Origin: Epiperipatus broadwayi
Lineage: Eukaryota > Animalia > Onychophora
Direction of reading: 5' to 3'
Length of the DNA stretch: 64,000 nucleotides
NCBI GenBank assembly: GCA_028023455.1
Contig: JAQFVV010000006.1
Location: 5,828,001 to 5,892,000, forward strand
Position 1 is the stretch's first letter; each line of letters opens with the position of its first letter. Shown here in pieces: positions 40,228 to 54,200 of the stretch. A program made the position numbers and the translations under genes. The notes below the pieces were generated by a model. It did not search any database. It saw nothing but the letters and a program-made list of their open reading frames with translations, and had not been told where the DNA came from.

Positions 40228-40564
40228 CTTGTGATATAAACAATGAGGATTGCCAATTCCTCAACAAGCTTTGTGATAAATGCTTAGCTAGTGCCAGCAC
40301 TTAAAATATCTCTGACAGGAACCTCCCACCCCCACCCCTGACCATTGTTTCCTGCTTTGGCACTCCTCAGAAAGGTGCCAGGATAGGTTCAGACACTAGA
40401 TCTAAAAATACCAACCCTAAACTCTCTGAGGAGTGCCAAAGCACGAAACCATAGTTAGGGGGTTGGGGGTCCTGACAGAGACATTTTAAGTGCTGGCTCT
40501 GGCTAAGCATTTATCACAAAGATTGTTGAGGAATTGGCAATCCTCGTTGTTTATAACTTACAAG
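40228..40564. repeat. Fold-back of family HH-C
   Basis: ~145-bp inverted arms, each carrying a hammerhead core. Confidence 0.85.
40412..40467 (+). ncRNA. Type I hammerhead HH-C
   Basis: ctct CTGAGGA GTGC caaa GCAC GAAAC CATA GTT aggg. The other arm reads CTGAGGA GTGC caaa GCAG GAAAC AATG GTC agggg, giving consensus stem III ACCATGGT and a GUC site. Confidence 0.8.
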
Positions 40565-40958
40565 CTTAAGAGAATAGGGTCATGTGATCTCTGACTCTTA
40601 TTTAAAATACTTGTGATATGTTTTATAAAATACGTTTGTGAAAGATATATAAGTATATATGGAATAAAAATAATATAAGAATCTTTAGTCAAACAAATGA
40701 TTAGTTATAACCAATAAAGTATCTATCTAAAAAGGATATTGTCATATATGTGAGTACAGGAAATTTGATACTTGGAGATAAAATTTAATAATTTGGTAAC
40801 TGATAAATACTGAGCAAAGATAAGGAAATGTAAGAGGTTGAGACCTTGACTAATTAAGGAGTGCAAAGGATTCAATCAGAAATGAATCTTCAGAATTATT
40901 TCCCTTTTTCAGATATTTTGAATTATTTTTAAGTAAAATATTTATTAACAAAAAACAG

Positions 40959-41174
40959 TGTTATATATAGCGCTCACAAATAAATTCTTAACAAGCATTG
41001 CAGAATATGCCCAACCCCTACTGGTTTCTGCTACTGGCATCCTCAGTGAGGTGCTAGGATAAATTCTTGAATATCCTAGCACCTCACTGAGGATACCTGT
41101 AGCAGAAACCAGTCTGGGTTGGAGATATTCTGCAAAGCTTGTTAAGAGCTTATTTGCGAGCTCTATATATAACA
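40959..41174. repeat. Fold-back of family HH-E
   Basis: ~105-bp arms around a 5-10 nt spacer. Confidence 0.85.
41081..41120 (+). ncRNA. Type I hammerhead HH-E
   Basis: acctca CTGAGGA TAC ctgta GCA GAAAC CA GTC tgggt; the other arm has the paired stem II TGC cagta GCA. ACCAGT may be a CpG-decayed ACCGGT. Confidence 0.7.
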
Positions 41175-43099
41175 TTTGTAATACAAGTTTATTAAATTAG
41201 GTCATGTGACATATGATTTGATTTTTTTGTAACAAAAACAATAAATTCCATCTTTAAGTTAATATTTTAATTTTTCAGTGTTCCTTCTGCAACTTGCATG
41301 AAGGCAACCTCTACTCGATTAAATTTTGTCCATTATTTTTATTTTTAATCATGTGATTAGAGTTCATGTTACCCATAAAAGAGATGAATGGAATGGGATT
41401 AATGATTCTACATCGTTACTTTTAATAATAACTGAAAAGATGAATACATTCAAAAAGTGCTATCATGAGGAAAACTCTGAATGATATTTTAAGGAAGTCG
41501 ACAAATATTCAAGCATTTAGAATACCTGATGAGATAACCGTAGCTGAAAAGTAGATAGTATTATTTTATATTAGATATCAATTAATGATATTAAGTATAA
41601 ATTTCCACTAGAGAAAGTTAAAAACTGCTCCTAGTTATTATACAAATTGGCCTCTACAATCTTCTTTATATTTAAGAATATAATCATATCTTAATAAAAC
41701 AGGAGCAGTGAGAGAAAGAATGTTGAACAAACTAATAAACTTCCAGGTAATAAAGTCTTGATGGTTTTTATCTTCTTTGATTTACCTTCTGTGCAAAAAT
41801 AACCAAAGACCCATTTACTGACCAGTGACTAGATATTTAGGTGATTAGGTTGTAGGCGGTTTATCTGGAAAAAAAATCCTAGCACTAATTAAAAATGGAA
41901 AAAAATACAAGTTTTAATTAGCCCAGATTCAAACTCCAGATTATGGTCAAGGAATACTAAAAATACTCGCTGTACCATAATTATTTTTGTTGGTCTGAAT
42001 ATCATATGATATTCAGGCACTTAAAGTAAAAGAGCTAAGCTACAATCAATAGATTTTAGCTTTCAAGACTGCCATTAAATCACACAAATCATTACTATAA
42101 GTGGCCTTCCATATATATATACATTTTAGAATCTTTATTAGACACAGAAATTGGCTGACATCAGAATGTATATAACAAACTTAAGCCTAATTAACATTCA
42201 GAAAGCCAATGAGTTATTGTGTTCAAATGTAAACTTGCTATTAATTCTGTTATACAAAAATCCAACATGCTCATTATGAATTCTTAGCCTTGGAATTTGA
42301 ATCTAAGACCACTGCTTCTGTAGATTTTTATTGAAATTTTAGTATAAGTGTACTCTATTATCATATCTTTTTAACTATTATTCTTAAGACCTTAACAAAA
42401 CTTTATTAAAAACTGTACTTATATCTCCCTGATGGAGTATTCTGATTGTAGTAGACTTATATAATTAGTAAGAATTTAGCTATAGTTTGATAATTTATTT
42501 TAGATTATATATACAACTGGGATAATATTTGATAGTTTGTAATCTGGTTATTTGGTAATACCTTAAACTACAATGTATGATAGCCAAGACATTTTGAAAT
42601 GGAATTGATACAGGTCTTGCTTTTTTATAATGATTTATTTAAAATTAATCTTGGGAGTCATTTATTATGGTTATAAGTTCATTCCACACACTTGGCAAGT
42701 AACCTTTGCTCTGTGTGTATTTTAAAATGGCTGAGTGTTAGATTCCAGAGCTAAAAATCCCTAAATTAAGACCCAACATGCCATTGTTAGTATTGGCCAT
42801 TATGTGACCTACCAAATGACTAACCACTGAGACATTTCTTTTTATTATTTGAACCGGACACCCAAATTAGACATCCATATAAATAGTTCAATTATCTTCT
42901 TTGAAGTTCAATTATAGACACATCTGTTGTAGTGATATGTGGAACCATTTCCATTTAAATCTTTGGATGTTTTTAGAAAACATCGAACTTTATTTCAATT
43001 TTTCTAAATGCGTTCAAACTTTATTTCAATTTTTCTAAATGCGTTCAACTTTTAAGTAATATCGCACAGATTAATATAGACCACAATGTTTCATATAGT

Positions 43100-43510
43100 A
43101 TTTGATCAATATGGATTGATAAACTTTAGGTTCATGAATATTGAATTTAAGGTGAACCCTACCAATTAGGCTATTCTGTCAAAGACAACAATCAGTAGAA
43201 ATTTTTATTCATTTATCACCGAGAATCTTTCTGATTGCTCCATTTTTTAAGAGTAAGGTTCATGAGATGTTACCAAACTTTTAGAAATATTATACAAGAT
43301 TTACTTATGGGGTTATTTGCCATTGCCATGTGAACAGCTTCTTTAAATTGCCTTCTTTGTTTTACTTTGTTTCTCTCTACCCATTGGTATACACACATCT
43401 TTGTTTTACTTCCCCCTCCCTCTTTGTCCATTGATATGCACACAGTCTTCTATTTTAGACCCACCTAAACTTTCTCCTCTTATTGCTTTGTGAAGATTTT
43501 TAATCAATAT
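43100..43510 (-). mobile_element. Older Penelope-like 3' fragment of the same family
   Basis: GSKIEDCVHING...RRQFKEAVHMAMANNPISK..VW, followed by a degenerate tRNA-like module. Confidence 0.7.
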
Positions 43511-44489
43511 TCAATGTGTTAGCTAGTTTAACCAATGTATATTCATCCACAGTTACGTATTTGTTCTTACTAGAGTTAAAGGTGTTTGGAAAGGTGCAAA
43601 TAAAGTTTGATTTTCTTCTAAAATTATTAACAGTTTAATTGGCTGGTACTAGACATCACAAATATCCTAATAACATTCTGATATTAAAGGCAAATCCTTT
43701 GAATCTCCAGCATACACAGTATATTAGTGCAAGAGCGCCATCTACTGTAAACACCTTACTTTTATTATCCCCCCACCTTTGAGTAATATAATGATTACCA
43801 AATGTTAACCCTACACCCCAATTTTTTGAAAAATCCCCCCCCCCAAAAAACAACCCACCCAAAAAAAACCCCCCACCCCCCCCCCACAAAAAAAAAAAAA
43901 AACGCCCCCAAAAAAAAAAAACATTTAAATCCTTACTCTCAAACCAGTTAGTAGCTTTTGCCTTTGCATAAGTTGAAATGCAAAAGTGGTTGGTTAATCC
44001 ATTTTTTACCTTTACATTATATGGCTTGATTGTAGTTACGGTGATTGGTAGACAATCATTACTGTGGTGTATTGTAATTTATGTATGTAGTAATATGATA
44101 TACTTTTTTTTTTCATTTTCATCATGATCAATAAGAATTCCAGTATTTAGATTACAATTTGAATTGATTAAAAATAATCTAATAATTTGAATGGTTTGAC
44201 ACAGTAGTCAGTAGATGATTCAATAGCTAAAGGTTTCCAATCAGTCCTTAATAGAGTAGTGTAAAAAAAAGTCAGTTTGCTTGAATGAATAGAATTGTTG
44301 CAATCAATATTATTTATATAACCAAATACTACAGGACCTTCAAGCTATTAACCATGTAATTATTTATGTACTATAATTGTCATACAAACCTATAAGATGT
44401 AGTGGAAAACATGATTTGTAATTCTGCTAAGTAGTTTTTGTTCTTTTACACTGCTGCGCCATCTAATGCTAACTTTTCTAACTAACAGA

Positions 44490-45050
44490 TGCCAGATAAT
44501 AGTGCTTAATAAATCTTTATCAGTATTGTCCTATCCATATCTTCAGACTAGTTTTTTTTTTTTGGCATATGACTTTAATCAATGTGAATCTTTAGATCTT
44601 GGAGCAGTGTGCCTGGGCATTTAAGAAGGCACACTCTATTTAATAGCTATCATTAACTTCTGTTTCTCTGTCAGCTATCAACACAGCCTAAAAAATATAT
44701 TGAAAGTTTTCAGTCTAAGCCAATTTTGTTTATATAGTCATATGGATCTGAAATTAATTTGGTATTTATATATTATGGTATCCAATTACCAGATACTAAA
44801 ATGGTTTCAGTTCTATATGACTATATAGGCAAGTTGATTTAAACTGATAACATTTATGTTTTTTATTTTCTCAAATTGGATTTATAGCTTAATATTAAAA
44901 CAGAGAATGATATTATGGTTGCTAGAAAAAAAGTGCATTAAATCTTAATAGTCCATATGCACTCTGAAGATCCAAAACTCCTCATTAATGAAAGCAATAA
45001 GATAGAAACTAGTCTAGGGATATTAAATAGGACAGTACTGAATAAGTTTG
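44490..45050. repeat. Old HH-A fold-back
   Basis: Degenerate minus arm from ~44490 and plus core ctcctcattaatgaaagcaataagatagaaactagtc at ~44980. Confidence 0.55.
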
Positions 45051-45109
45051 ACACAAATCAATCAAACTGTAATAACTGGCTATCTGTATACAATGACCAA
45101 TGATAAAGA

Positions 45110-45730
45110 TATATGTAAGAGATTGTGATCTGAGTCAACTGATGAATGCTAGTTCAGCATAAAATTTGCATCTAGAGGATCATACATCTATTATGTCTTT
45201 GGTCATATTTTATGATTATTATCCCCACACAAGGTTTTAAAAGTGGATAGAAACCAGTCCCCATCTTGTATAAGTGGTATAGTGAAAATTACACTACAGA
45301 AATATTATTCATTAAGTGGATAATCTCTAGTCTAATGAATGACTAATAAAAATGTATTAATATACTTCCATTAAATAATTTGTGTCAAAAGTTGTGAGAG
45401 CCATAAGTTTGACCCTTATTAATTAAACTGAAATAATTGGCTAATGGTAGAGATATGTGTATGAAATTGTGATCTGGGCCAACTGATAAATACTGGTTTA
45501 GCCTGAAATATGCATCTTGTGGATCATACATTTGTTTTACATCTTTAATCCTATGTTTATGATTACACTTATCCACACACTGTTAAAAATGGATAGAAAT
45601 CAGTCCCTATCTTGCATGAGAGTGGTATAGTGAACATCATATAGTGAAAATCACTACAAAAATATTATTCATTAAATGGATAATCTCTAGCTTAATGAAT
45701 GACTAATAAAAAATATTAAGTACTGGATAA
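45110..45730 (+). repeat. Degenerate HH-F tandem dimer (~345-nt period)
   Basis: gtcaactgatgaatgctagttcagcataaaa at ~45135 and gggccaactgataaatactggtttagcctgaaatatgcatcttg at ~45477, with duplicated downstream blocks. Confidence 0.7.
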
Positions 45731-45999
45731 GATTTTATTAAGTACTATCATCTGAAAATCTACTAGTTATAAAAAAAATTGCAGTAGGTGACATAGCAGT
45801 GATGAAAGAAAAAAGTATGATGATGCTGAACAGCAATGTGTAAGCTGGAATCATGTGATAGAGTCATGTGGTATTGTATTGATGAGTTGATAAGAAGTGC
45901 ACTGACAAAAATTGGGAAGGGGAGTGGAAATATTTTTTCAGCACGACTATTATTAATTCTTCCATAAAATGATAAAAATAGAATAAAAACTAACTTTTC

Positions 46000-46360
46000 A
46001 CAGAGGCAAAACTCTCCATACAATAGTGTCACTCAGTGCAAGCCAGAATAATCAACGGATACAGGAAGGCTTGTGCATAAAATCCCTATCTAGTGCCTAC
46101 TCACCCAATATCCTCAGACTAGTTTCTAGCATGTGGCTTTCATCAGTGATGAGCCTTGGATCTGAAACTTTTTAAAAGTCACAAGCTAGAAACTAGTCTG
46201 GGGATATTGGATGATTAGACACTAGATAAAAAATTTTATGCACAAACGTTCCTACATCCATTGATTACTCTGGTTTACACTGAATGGCAACTATTGTGTG
46301 GAGAATTTTGCCACTGTGAAAAACAGCTTGTGTAGGCATATAGAAAGGTGATATGATATT
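46000..46360. repeat. HH-A fold-back
   Basis: Minus arm with an intact core; plus arm begins mid stem II. Confidence 0.8.
46103..46162 (-). ncRNA. HH-A hammerhead with intact core
   Basis: Reverse complement: ctcatca CTGATGA A AGC cacat GCT A GAAA CTAG TC tgagga ta ttgg. Confidence 0.65.
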
Positions 46361-48534
46361 TGATAGTTTGATTAAAACTCATCTCTAGTTGTGAGAAAGT
46401 GATAAGATGATAAAATATCAAACAATTCAGGTATAAAAACCCAGGTGCTTAATGCCTTTATCTCACCTGCTGCTTATAAAATACTAGAATAGTCTGAAAT
46501 TTTTGTGTCGGAGATAGTGGGGTACCCAAATTGAAAATATATACTTTAGTATTTCTATATATCTATTAAATATCAAAAACAAATAATATACATTTCTACA
46601 CATAGGAAGCTATTTTTTACTTTCTATGTAAATATAATTTATTTACAGAGGGCTTGGATTAAACACTATATCCTCCCTCTTATTTTTAATTTTGATTAAC
46701 TGTTTCTTAATGCATATTCAAAATTCCTTTCTCACTAAGCCAGGATCAGAAGTCGTGGTTTCAGTCCCACAATTCTTTAATTTAGACATTCCTGCTATAT
46801 AATGGCAAGATGTAAAATATTTTTAAATAAATGTGATTTATAGCAATTACCAGGACCTGTCGCGTGAAGACTGGAAAACCCAAATGCTATGGGCAATTTT
46901 TCACTGCTGGTTTAAAAAAAAAAAACATTTCTTTTTAAAAAAAGCACTTTATAAAAAGAAAGTTCTGCTGAGGATTTTTAAAATAAATCTTTACAAAGAA
47001 GAATGTTGTAAAGTCAAAAAATACAATTATTTATTATTCTACACATTTTATATAACATTTTATTACTTTATATTACCGTGATATAACACATTTTCATCGA
47101 CCCCTAGAAGATCTTTATTTAACTAACATAGAAGATGTTAACAATAAATCAATAAAGACAACTTAAAATTCATAGCACCGTAATATTATTAGTTACCACT
47201 GCATAATATATTAATTGCGTAATTGGTTAAATTTAATTATTATAAAATAAAATTTATATTATTTTTTTCGGCAACAATTAAATGAAATTAAAGCAACAAG
47301 AAAAAAAATAGTGGTTAACATTTCTGCCACTGTGCCCATGACGTGGGGTTTAAACACACGCTGGGTAAATTTAAAAAAATTTTGAATTATGAATGCTCGC
47401 ACTCATCCTGCAATCACCCAATATAGATCAGTAAATGGGTCGTTATTATCAGATAAGAGTATTTAAATGCTAAAAGAAGCAAAAAATTGAGAATAAAAAG
47501 ACAGAATAAAAACATATAGATGTTTCGTGATATTTGCATAACTCCATGAAACATAAATAAGTTTGTGTGTATTTATTCTGGTTTTTGAGTTTGTTATTGA
47601 TATTCTGTGATGCTTATTTTTAACTTTTGGATATCTATATCTTCACGTGTTAGCAAAGGTATGCCATATTGAAAGTTTAATATAGATATCAGTAATTTAT
47701 AGTTGTAAAACTTCATTATCTTCTGTCCTTAGAGACAATTTCCCAATTAAAGCTATCAATATAACACTTCTTTAAAATGCTCATGAAATAATCTTTTAAA
47801 TATGTTATAATGGTAGCAATTGAATATCAGCTTCTTATGCAACTAAAATGATACATAATAGCCATATTCAGAGTTGTGAACTATGAAAATACAAAGTTCA
47901 TAAGAAGATTATCAGAGAATTCCATCAGATGTGCCAAACTCCAGTATCAATAATCATAAATCAAATTGTTTTGAATTTTATTTACATTAAACAGATTTCA
48001 CTATCTTTCAATTAAAATCTAAAAAAAAATAACGGAAGCTGTTAGATGTACGAGATTAAATTCTGCATTTTACTGAAAATGGCCGACAATCAGAAAATAA
48101 TTTACGGATATAAATATAACACTACTTTTAGTATATTTTAAATACTCAAACTTATAACAGATGGCTTTTTGATTAGCTGTATTCAAAAATGTTTCTGATC
48201 CTATTGGACAATGAGAAATTAAAAGAAAAGGTTCAATGCATAATATTAATAAAAATTAAGTCTACTAAAAGATAATAATTAATTACCAAAATTAAGCATA
48301 ATAAGATTGATAACGAAACATGACAATAGCGACGTGCTAACATTAAAAGAGTTCCCAATGAAAATTAAAAAATAAACAAATCTTATAATGTTAGTAAAAA
48401 CGATAATTTAAGACAGAATAACAATTAGTGCTACACAATATCACAATATAGAATTAAAATTCCCGAATTTGCTACAATTGTCATTGTCCATCAGGATAAT
48501 AATAGTTATGATAAATCAAACATTACTTTCTTTA

Positions 48535-48890
48535 AAACAGGCAAAACTCACTATACATATTATCACTCATGGCAAGCTAGAGTAATCAATGGGTGCCAGA
48601 AGGCTTGTGCATAAAATCCCCATCTAGTGCCTACTCATCTAATATCCCCAGATGAGTTTCTGGCTTGTGGCCTTTGTCAGTGAGAAGCCTTGGATCTGAG
48701 AGCACTTAGGATCCCAGATCGAAGGCTCCTCACTGACAAAGGCCACAAGCCAGAAACTAGTCTGGGAATATTGGATGAGTAGGCACTAGATGGGGATTTT
48801 ATGCACAAGCCTTCTGGCATCCATTGATTGCTTTAGCTTGCAGAGAGTGGCAATACGTATAGTGAGTTTTACCTGTTTTAATAACAGTTA
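48535..48890. repeat. HH-A near-perfect ~350-bp palindrome
   Basis: Both arms share the private core variant CTGACAA and the tagatgggg variant. Confidence 0.88.
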
Positions 48891-48899
48891 TATGCAAGC

Positions 48900-50380
48900 A
48901 TGAGATGACTTTCTTTGTTTATTTTTACATCAGCATTAGAAACAATAATTATTCCATTTATTCTACTATGGAACCAACTATTAGTAGCATCACGACTTCT
49001 TCAGTTTATGTTTATCATCTGCATTAGGAGCAGTAATTCACTCTACTTACTGCAGAGCCACCTATTATAAGAATCACATGATTTTCTCTGCTTTTGACAT
49101 CTGCATTGGGAGCAGTAATTCACTCTATTTACTCTACCACAGAGCCACCTATTATAAGCATCACATAAATTTTTCTACTGCAGAGCAATCTGTTATAAAG
49201 CATCATATGACCTTCTGTGCTTACTTCTACCATCTGCATTATTAGCAGTAATGTATTTACTCTATGGCAAGGTTACTTATTACAAGCATCACATGATCTG
49301 TTTGCTTTCAACAATTACATTAGGACCAATAATTCACTCCATTTACTGTACTGCAGAGCCACCTATCATAAGCATCATAACTTTTTCTATTACAGAGCCA
49401 TCTATTGTAAGCATGACATGACCTTCTCCATTTACTTTATTATCTACATTAGAGACAGTAATTTGCTATTTATTCTACTGCAGAGCCACCTATTATAAGT
49501 ATTACATAATTTTTTCTACTGCAGAGCCATCTGCTATAAGCATCGCTTAATCTTCTCTGCTCACTTTCAAAATCTGCATTAGATGCAGCAATTCACTCTA
49601 TTTACTCTACTGCAGAGCCACCTATCATAAACATCAAGACTTTCTCTGCTTAAAATTTTAATTATTCACATTAGCATCAGAAATTCACTCTTCCTATTTC
49701 TACATCCAGCATTTATATTAGGAGCAATAAATGATTCTGTTTATTCTACCCAGAACCACTTGGTAAAAGCATCACATGACTTTCTCAGCTACTTTAATAA
49801 CCGGCATTAGGAACAGTAAGAGAAATCTATTATACACATCACATGCCACCTCTGCTTGTTTTCACTACCTGCATTCGAAACAGTAATTCACTATTTACTC
49901 TACTAGAGAGCCACCTATTGTGTATGTGACACGATTCTTCTCAGATTACTTTCAGCAACTGCATTAAAAACATTAATGCACTGTATTTATTCAACTGCAG
50001 ACCAACCTATTCTACAAATCACATGACTCTATTTTTAATTTCAACATCTACATTAGAAGCAGTGATTTGTTCTGATTTATTTCACCCCAGAGTCATCTGT
50101 TGTGAGTTATCATAATCATGTCAGGACTTTCTCAGTTTATTTTCACCTATCTACATTAGGAGCAAGTGATTCATTCTATTCACTCTATTACAGAGCTATC
50201 AGTTGTAAGCATCATATATCTTTCTCTGCTTACTTTCACCACTTGTATTAGGGCAGTAATTTGTTGTATTTGTTTGATTCCAGAGTCACCTAGTGTAAGA
50301 ATCAAAGAACTTTCTCTGCAGAGAATTTTCAACATCTGAATTAGGAGGAATTATTCATTCCATTTATTCTTCTTCAGAAG
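48900..50380. repeat. Degenerate minisatellite (~90-100 bp higher-order unit)
   Basis: Recurring ctactgcagagccacctattataagcatcacatga...catctgcattag...agtaattcactctattta. Confidence 0.85.
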
Positions 50381-53300
50381 CATGTAAATATGGCTTCTGA
50401 TTTGCAGGTGCAAATGCAAACTCATCGCTAAAGGCTAATAGCCAGAAATTAATCTGGAGATTTGAATGTCATGCTAATATCAAATGTTTATTGATTACAC
50501 AAGCTTAGAATAAAGAGCTATGGAGTGAATAGAGATGAACCCCTTAGTGTAGATGTATTGCATCCTACCTGCCCATTCCCATGATCTGGATTATGACAGA
50601 ATTAAAGTTGATTTTTTTAAGGCATAGGATCCTCTTTCAGCATCACCAGTCACCTTAGATAACCATTTCTTAGTAGTCAAAAAACTGGTATCCCCAATTA
50701 GAAAATAAAAGCATTTAAAAAAATAATTCCCTTTTTATCACTTGACAATGCTAAACCTTGTTGAATAAAGCCTTTCTCTGCATTATTCTTCCATGACTGT
50801 CCATTAGAGATCTCTGCCTTGCAGTGAACTACTTTGTTTTATTCTTTTGAGGGCTACTAATTCTCATAATAAATCTCACAAACTTTTAACTGGCATAGTT
50901 AAAGATATTGCAATAGCAATTTGTGTAAGCTTAGGAAATGATGATCATGTGATGTAAAAATTAAGATATCAATCATATAGAGTTTTGCTATGCAATAAAC
51001 TAATAAATCTCATAAAATTTGACAAGCTGATTTTCTGCATGGCATAATGTTAAGAGTTTACATCTTCCAAGATTTTATAATGTTAAAATATATGTTTAAA
51101 CCACCATTAATTCTTCATGAATCCAGGAACATTAGTAATCAATTTAATTGGTGGTATGAATAACAATGAGGATCAATTTTTGCCTCTTCTGGATGCATCA
51201 ATAATGTAAAAAAAACTGAGTAAATTAAAACTTTCGATGCCATGTAATATAAGTGTTTCGGAATAAACTGCATATTAATAATGAGAAAAGTTAACATTTA
51301 TGACATAGATTTTAAATTGTAATGCCAAAATAAAGTTCAGAATGCAGCAAACACTGGCTGACTATCCATTACAACCAGATATTACCATTTGATCATAATA
51401 TTCTATTAATTTTGGTGACTCAGAGAGCGGGGGAACTTCCTGTATTGCCTTTTATAATAGTAGAATATTACTAACAAATAAAGTGTGAAATATTTTGAAT
51501 TGTTTGGGAAATTATTAAAAATGATATGTAGATAAAAGATAAATCACTTTTAAACACTGACTATTAAATAGAAACTTCTCCAACAACCACTCACAGAGAA
51601 CCAATAAGAGAAAAAAATTTGTAATTACAATTTTTACTTACAAGATGATGAATTCTTCCACAGTTATTCATCATTCTTTTGCTGTCTAGATAAGAATATC
51701 TAGATATTCAATGTTGAATCATTTTCTATCAATGGGGTTTGAATCCATTTCATAGTAATGGTCAGTGGATGTCTCAATATTGTATCAATAATATCCTTAG
51801 GTAATTGAGTGAATTATATATTTTACAAAACCATATGAACTTGACCTTGTAAAGGCCATGGTTTTTTTTAATTGGTTACTTTAACAAATTTTTTTAAAGA
51901 CCTAACATAAATTAAACAAAAGATTTTAAATGTGAGCACGGCAGAAGACAAAAACTCAGGGCTTTCAGCCCATTATTTTTGTAATAATTGGTTACTTTAA
52001 TAAAAAATTTTTAAAGATTTAATTAATACATTATACAGGCTTAAACCTGCATTTATTTATGTAATATATGCGGAATTCGAACTCAGACTTTCACACGATC
52101 CACTATTCTCAGTGCCATCTCATATTAATCAAAATATTTTAATATTATATGAATACAATTTCCAAATTTTAATAAGCTAGATTAAAATTTACATTTTTAA
52201 ATATACCTGTTATATTTGATGGTGCAAATATATGTATTTACTGGAGCACCCTCTGAATAAAAAGTTTAATTTTTTTTATGATTTTCTGATAGCATCACAA
52301 CTAATTGTAATAATTTTCTCAGCTTTATTAATAATTACCATTTATTAATGTCAGAATAAAAAATGCCGGTCTTTGAGCCCATCGTTTTTGTAATATTTTT
52401 TTTTATTAAGTATAATATTTGTAATTCTTTTCTAAATTGGTTTCTTTAACAATTTTTTTTTCAAGATTTAATGTAAATATATTTTTTAATTAAATATTGC
52501 TAATTTATAAAAGCTCATTACATTTTAAATTAACATTGCCAAGTATGTCATTCATCTGAACTATATTAGAGGATTGACAGACCATGAAAGCACAGAGTGC
52601 CTTAATGTCGAATTATAAATTGGCACTTGTGGCTGTTTCCAAAGCTAAATGGGAACCTCTACCACAAAATATATACTATATCTCTGTAGTTAAAACCATT
52701 CATATTAATTATTCCCCAGCATTTTTTATTTAATAGTGGAATTACTTTCTCGCATAAATATAATGGTTGGGAATTTGACACATGACATCAGACAAACATT
52801 TATTCACCAATCAGACAACAGAGAAAATATGGATTTTATATATAAGATGCAAAAACATCAGTTTTATAAACTTATATTTCTCCTTCAACAAAAAAAATGT
52901 AATTCAGTGTGTGTTGGAAATGTCGTTTTAACAAGAGATTAATTTACTACAATGCAATTCATGTAACCTATGCCATTTTGCTTTAAACTAATTAAAGATG
53001 AAGCAATGGAACAATTATTACATTTAGTAAATTGATATTATGATAATACAATTTCTATTTTGACTAAATAGATTGTATTGCTGCTAAATGTTTCACAGAA
53101 AATTGCAATATCTATTTAATTTTGGTAAACATCTCAAACTAAACAGAAATTTCTTTATCACAAACAAGAAGTGAATAAACAGGAAGATAATGAAGGTAAT
53201 AATGAATTGTTCAATATTATATAATCTGCTTTAGACAATATTTCACTTCAACTGACAGCTACTTCAAGACAATTGATATCAGCTATGCTTCAGTTTGCCG

Positions 53301-53489
53301 TTATAAAATAAACTAATTGTGTATATAAAGATATGAGGTTTATACTTTGTAAATGAAATTAATAAATTAAATTGTAAGCTGATACGAACTGAAGAGAAGT
53401 TTTTTCTTTCCAGTTGAAATTACCAAATAAGGCCCAATCCTTTGGAGAATTATAATACTTTCATATTCATAGCTGGGTAAATTGTGAAG

Positions 53490-54200
53490 TGTGTACATAG
53501 AAAATGATTACTGTTCTTTCTACCATTATTGTTGTTATTATGATTTTCTTTTCATTATTGTCTTTCTTCCTAATGTTATTGCATTTAGTGCTAGTATTAT
53601 TATTGTTGTTACTACTTCTGCTAATATTGTTGTATTTGTTACAAGTACTGTTGTGATTATTACTCTACTAGTATTATTATTGTTACTGTTGCTATTAGCA
53701 TTAGTGCTGCTATATTTATTACTAGTACTGTTGCTATTGTGATTCTGCTAGTACTGTTGATGCATCTATTATGATTATTATTGCTATAATTTTTGTATAT
53801 ATTATTATTGTTGTTGCTGTGATAATTATAGTTATTGGTATGACACTATTATTATAATTACTATTTGTTGCTATTGTTATTGCTGCTAGTATTATTAATA
53901 TCATGAGTAGTCCTGTGATGATTATTATTATTGTTTACTGCAACTGCTTTTATCTTTATTATTATTATATTGCTTCTCCTACTATGATTACTAATACTGT
54001 TCCTGTTTCTATCATTATAGTTGCTTCCACTGTTGTTAACATTATTGCTGTTATTGTTGCTGCTGTTTCTACCATTATTATTGTTGTTGTTATTATTACT
54101 ACTATTATTATTTATTATTATTGATGGCCTTCACTATATATTTATTATATTTGATGCTGTTCTCAATTTTATTATTGTTGCTATTAGTATTTTAATTAGA
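53490..54200. repeat. Degenerate (ATT/GTT/ACT)n low-complexity tract
   Basis: Trinucleotide-rich sequence giving poly-L/I/V artefact ORFs. Confidence 0.9.

Noticed and set aside
41524-41560. ctgatgagataaccgtagctgaaaag as a hammerhead
   Set aside because: No stem II, stem III or stem I pairing.
43820-43925. C/A homopolymer tract as a telomeric or functional repeat
   Set aside because: Aperiodic; likely low-quality sequence or an expanded homopolymer.
21580-50380. CRISPR-like arrays
   Set aside because: Eukaryotic context, degenerate units with no unique spacers, and no cas genes.
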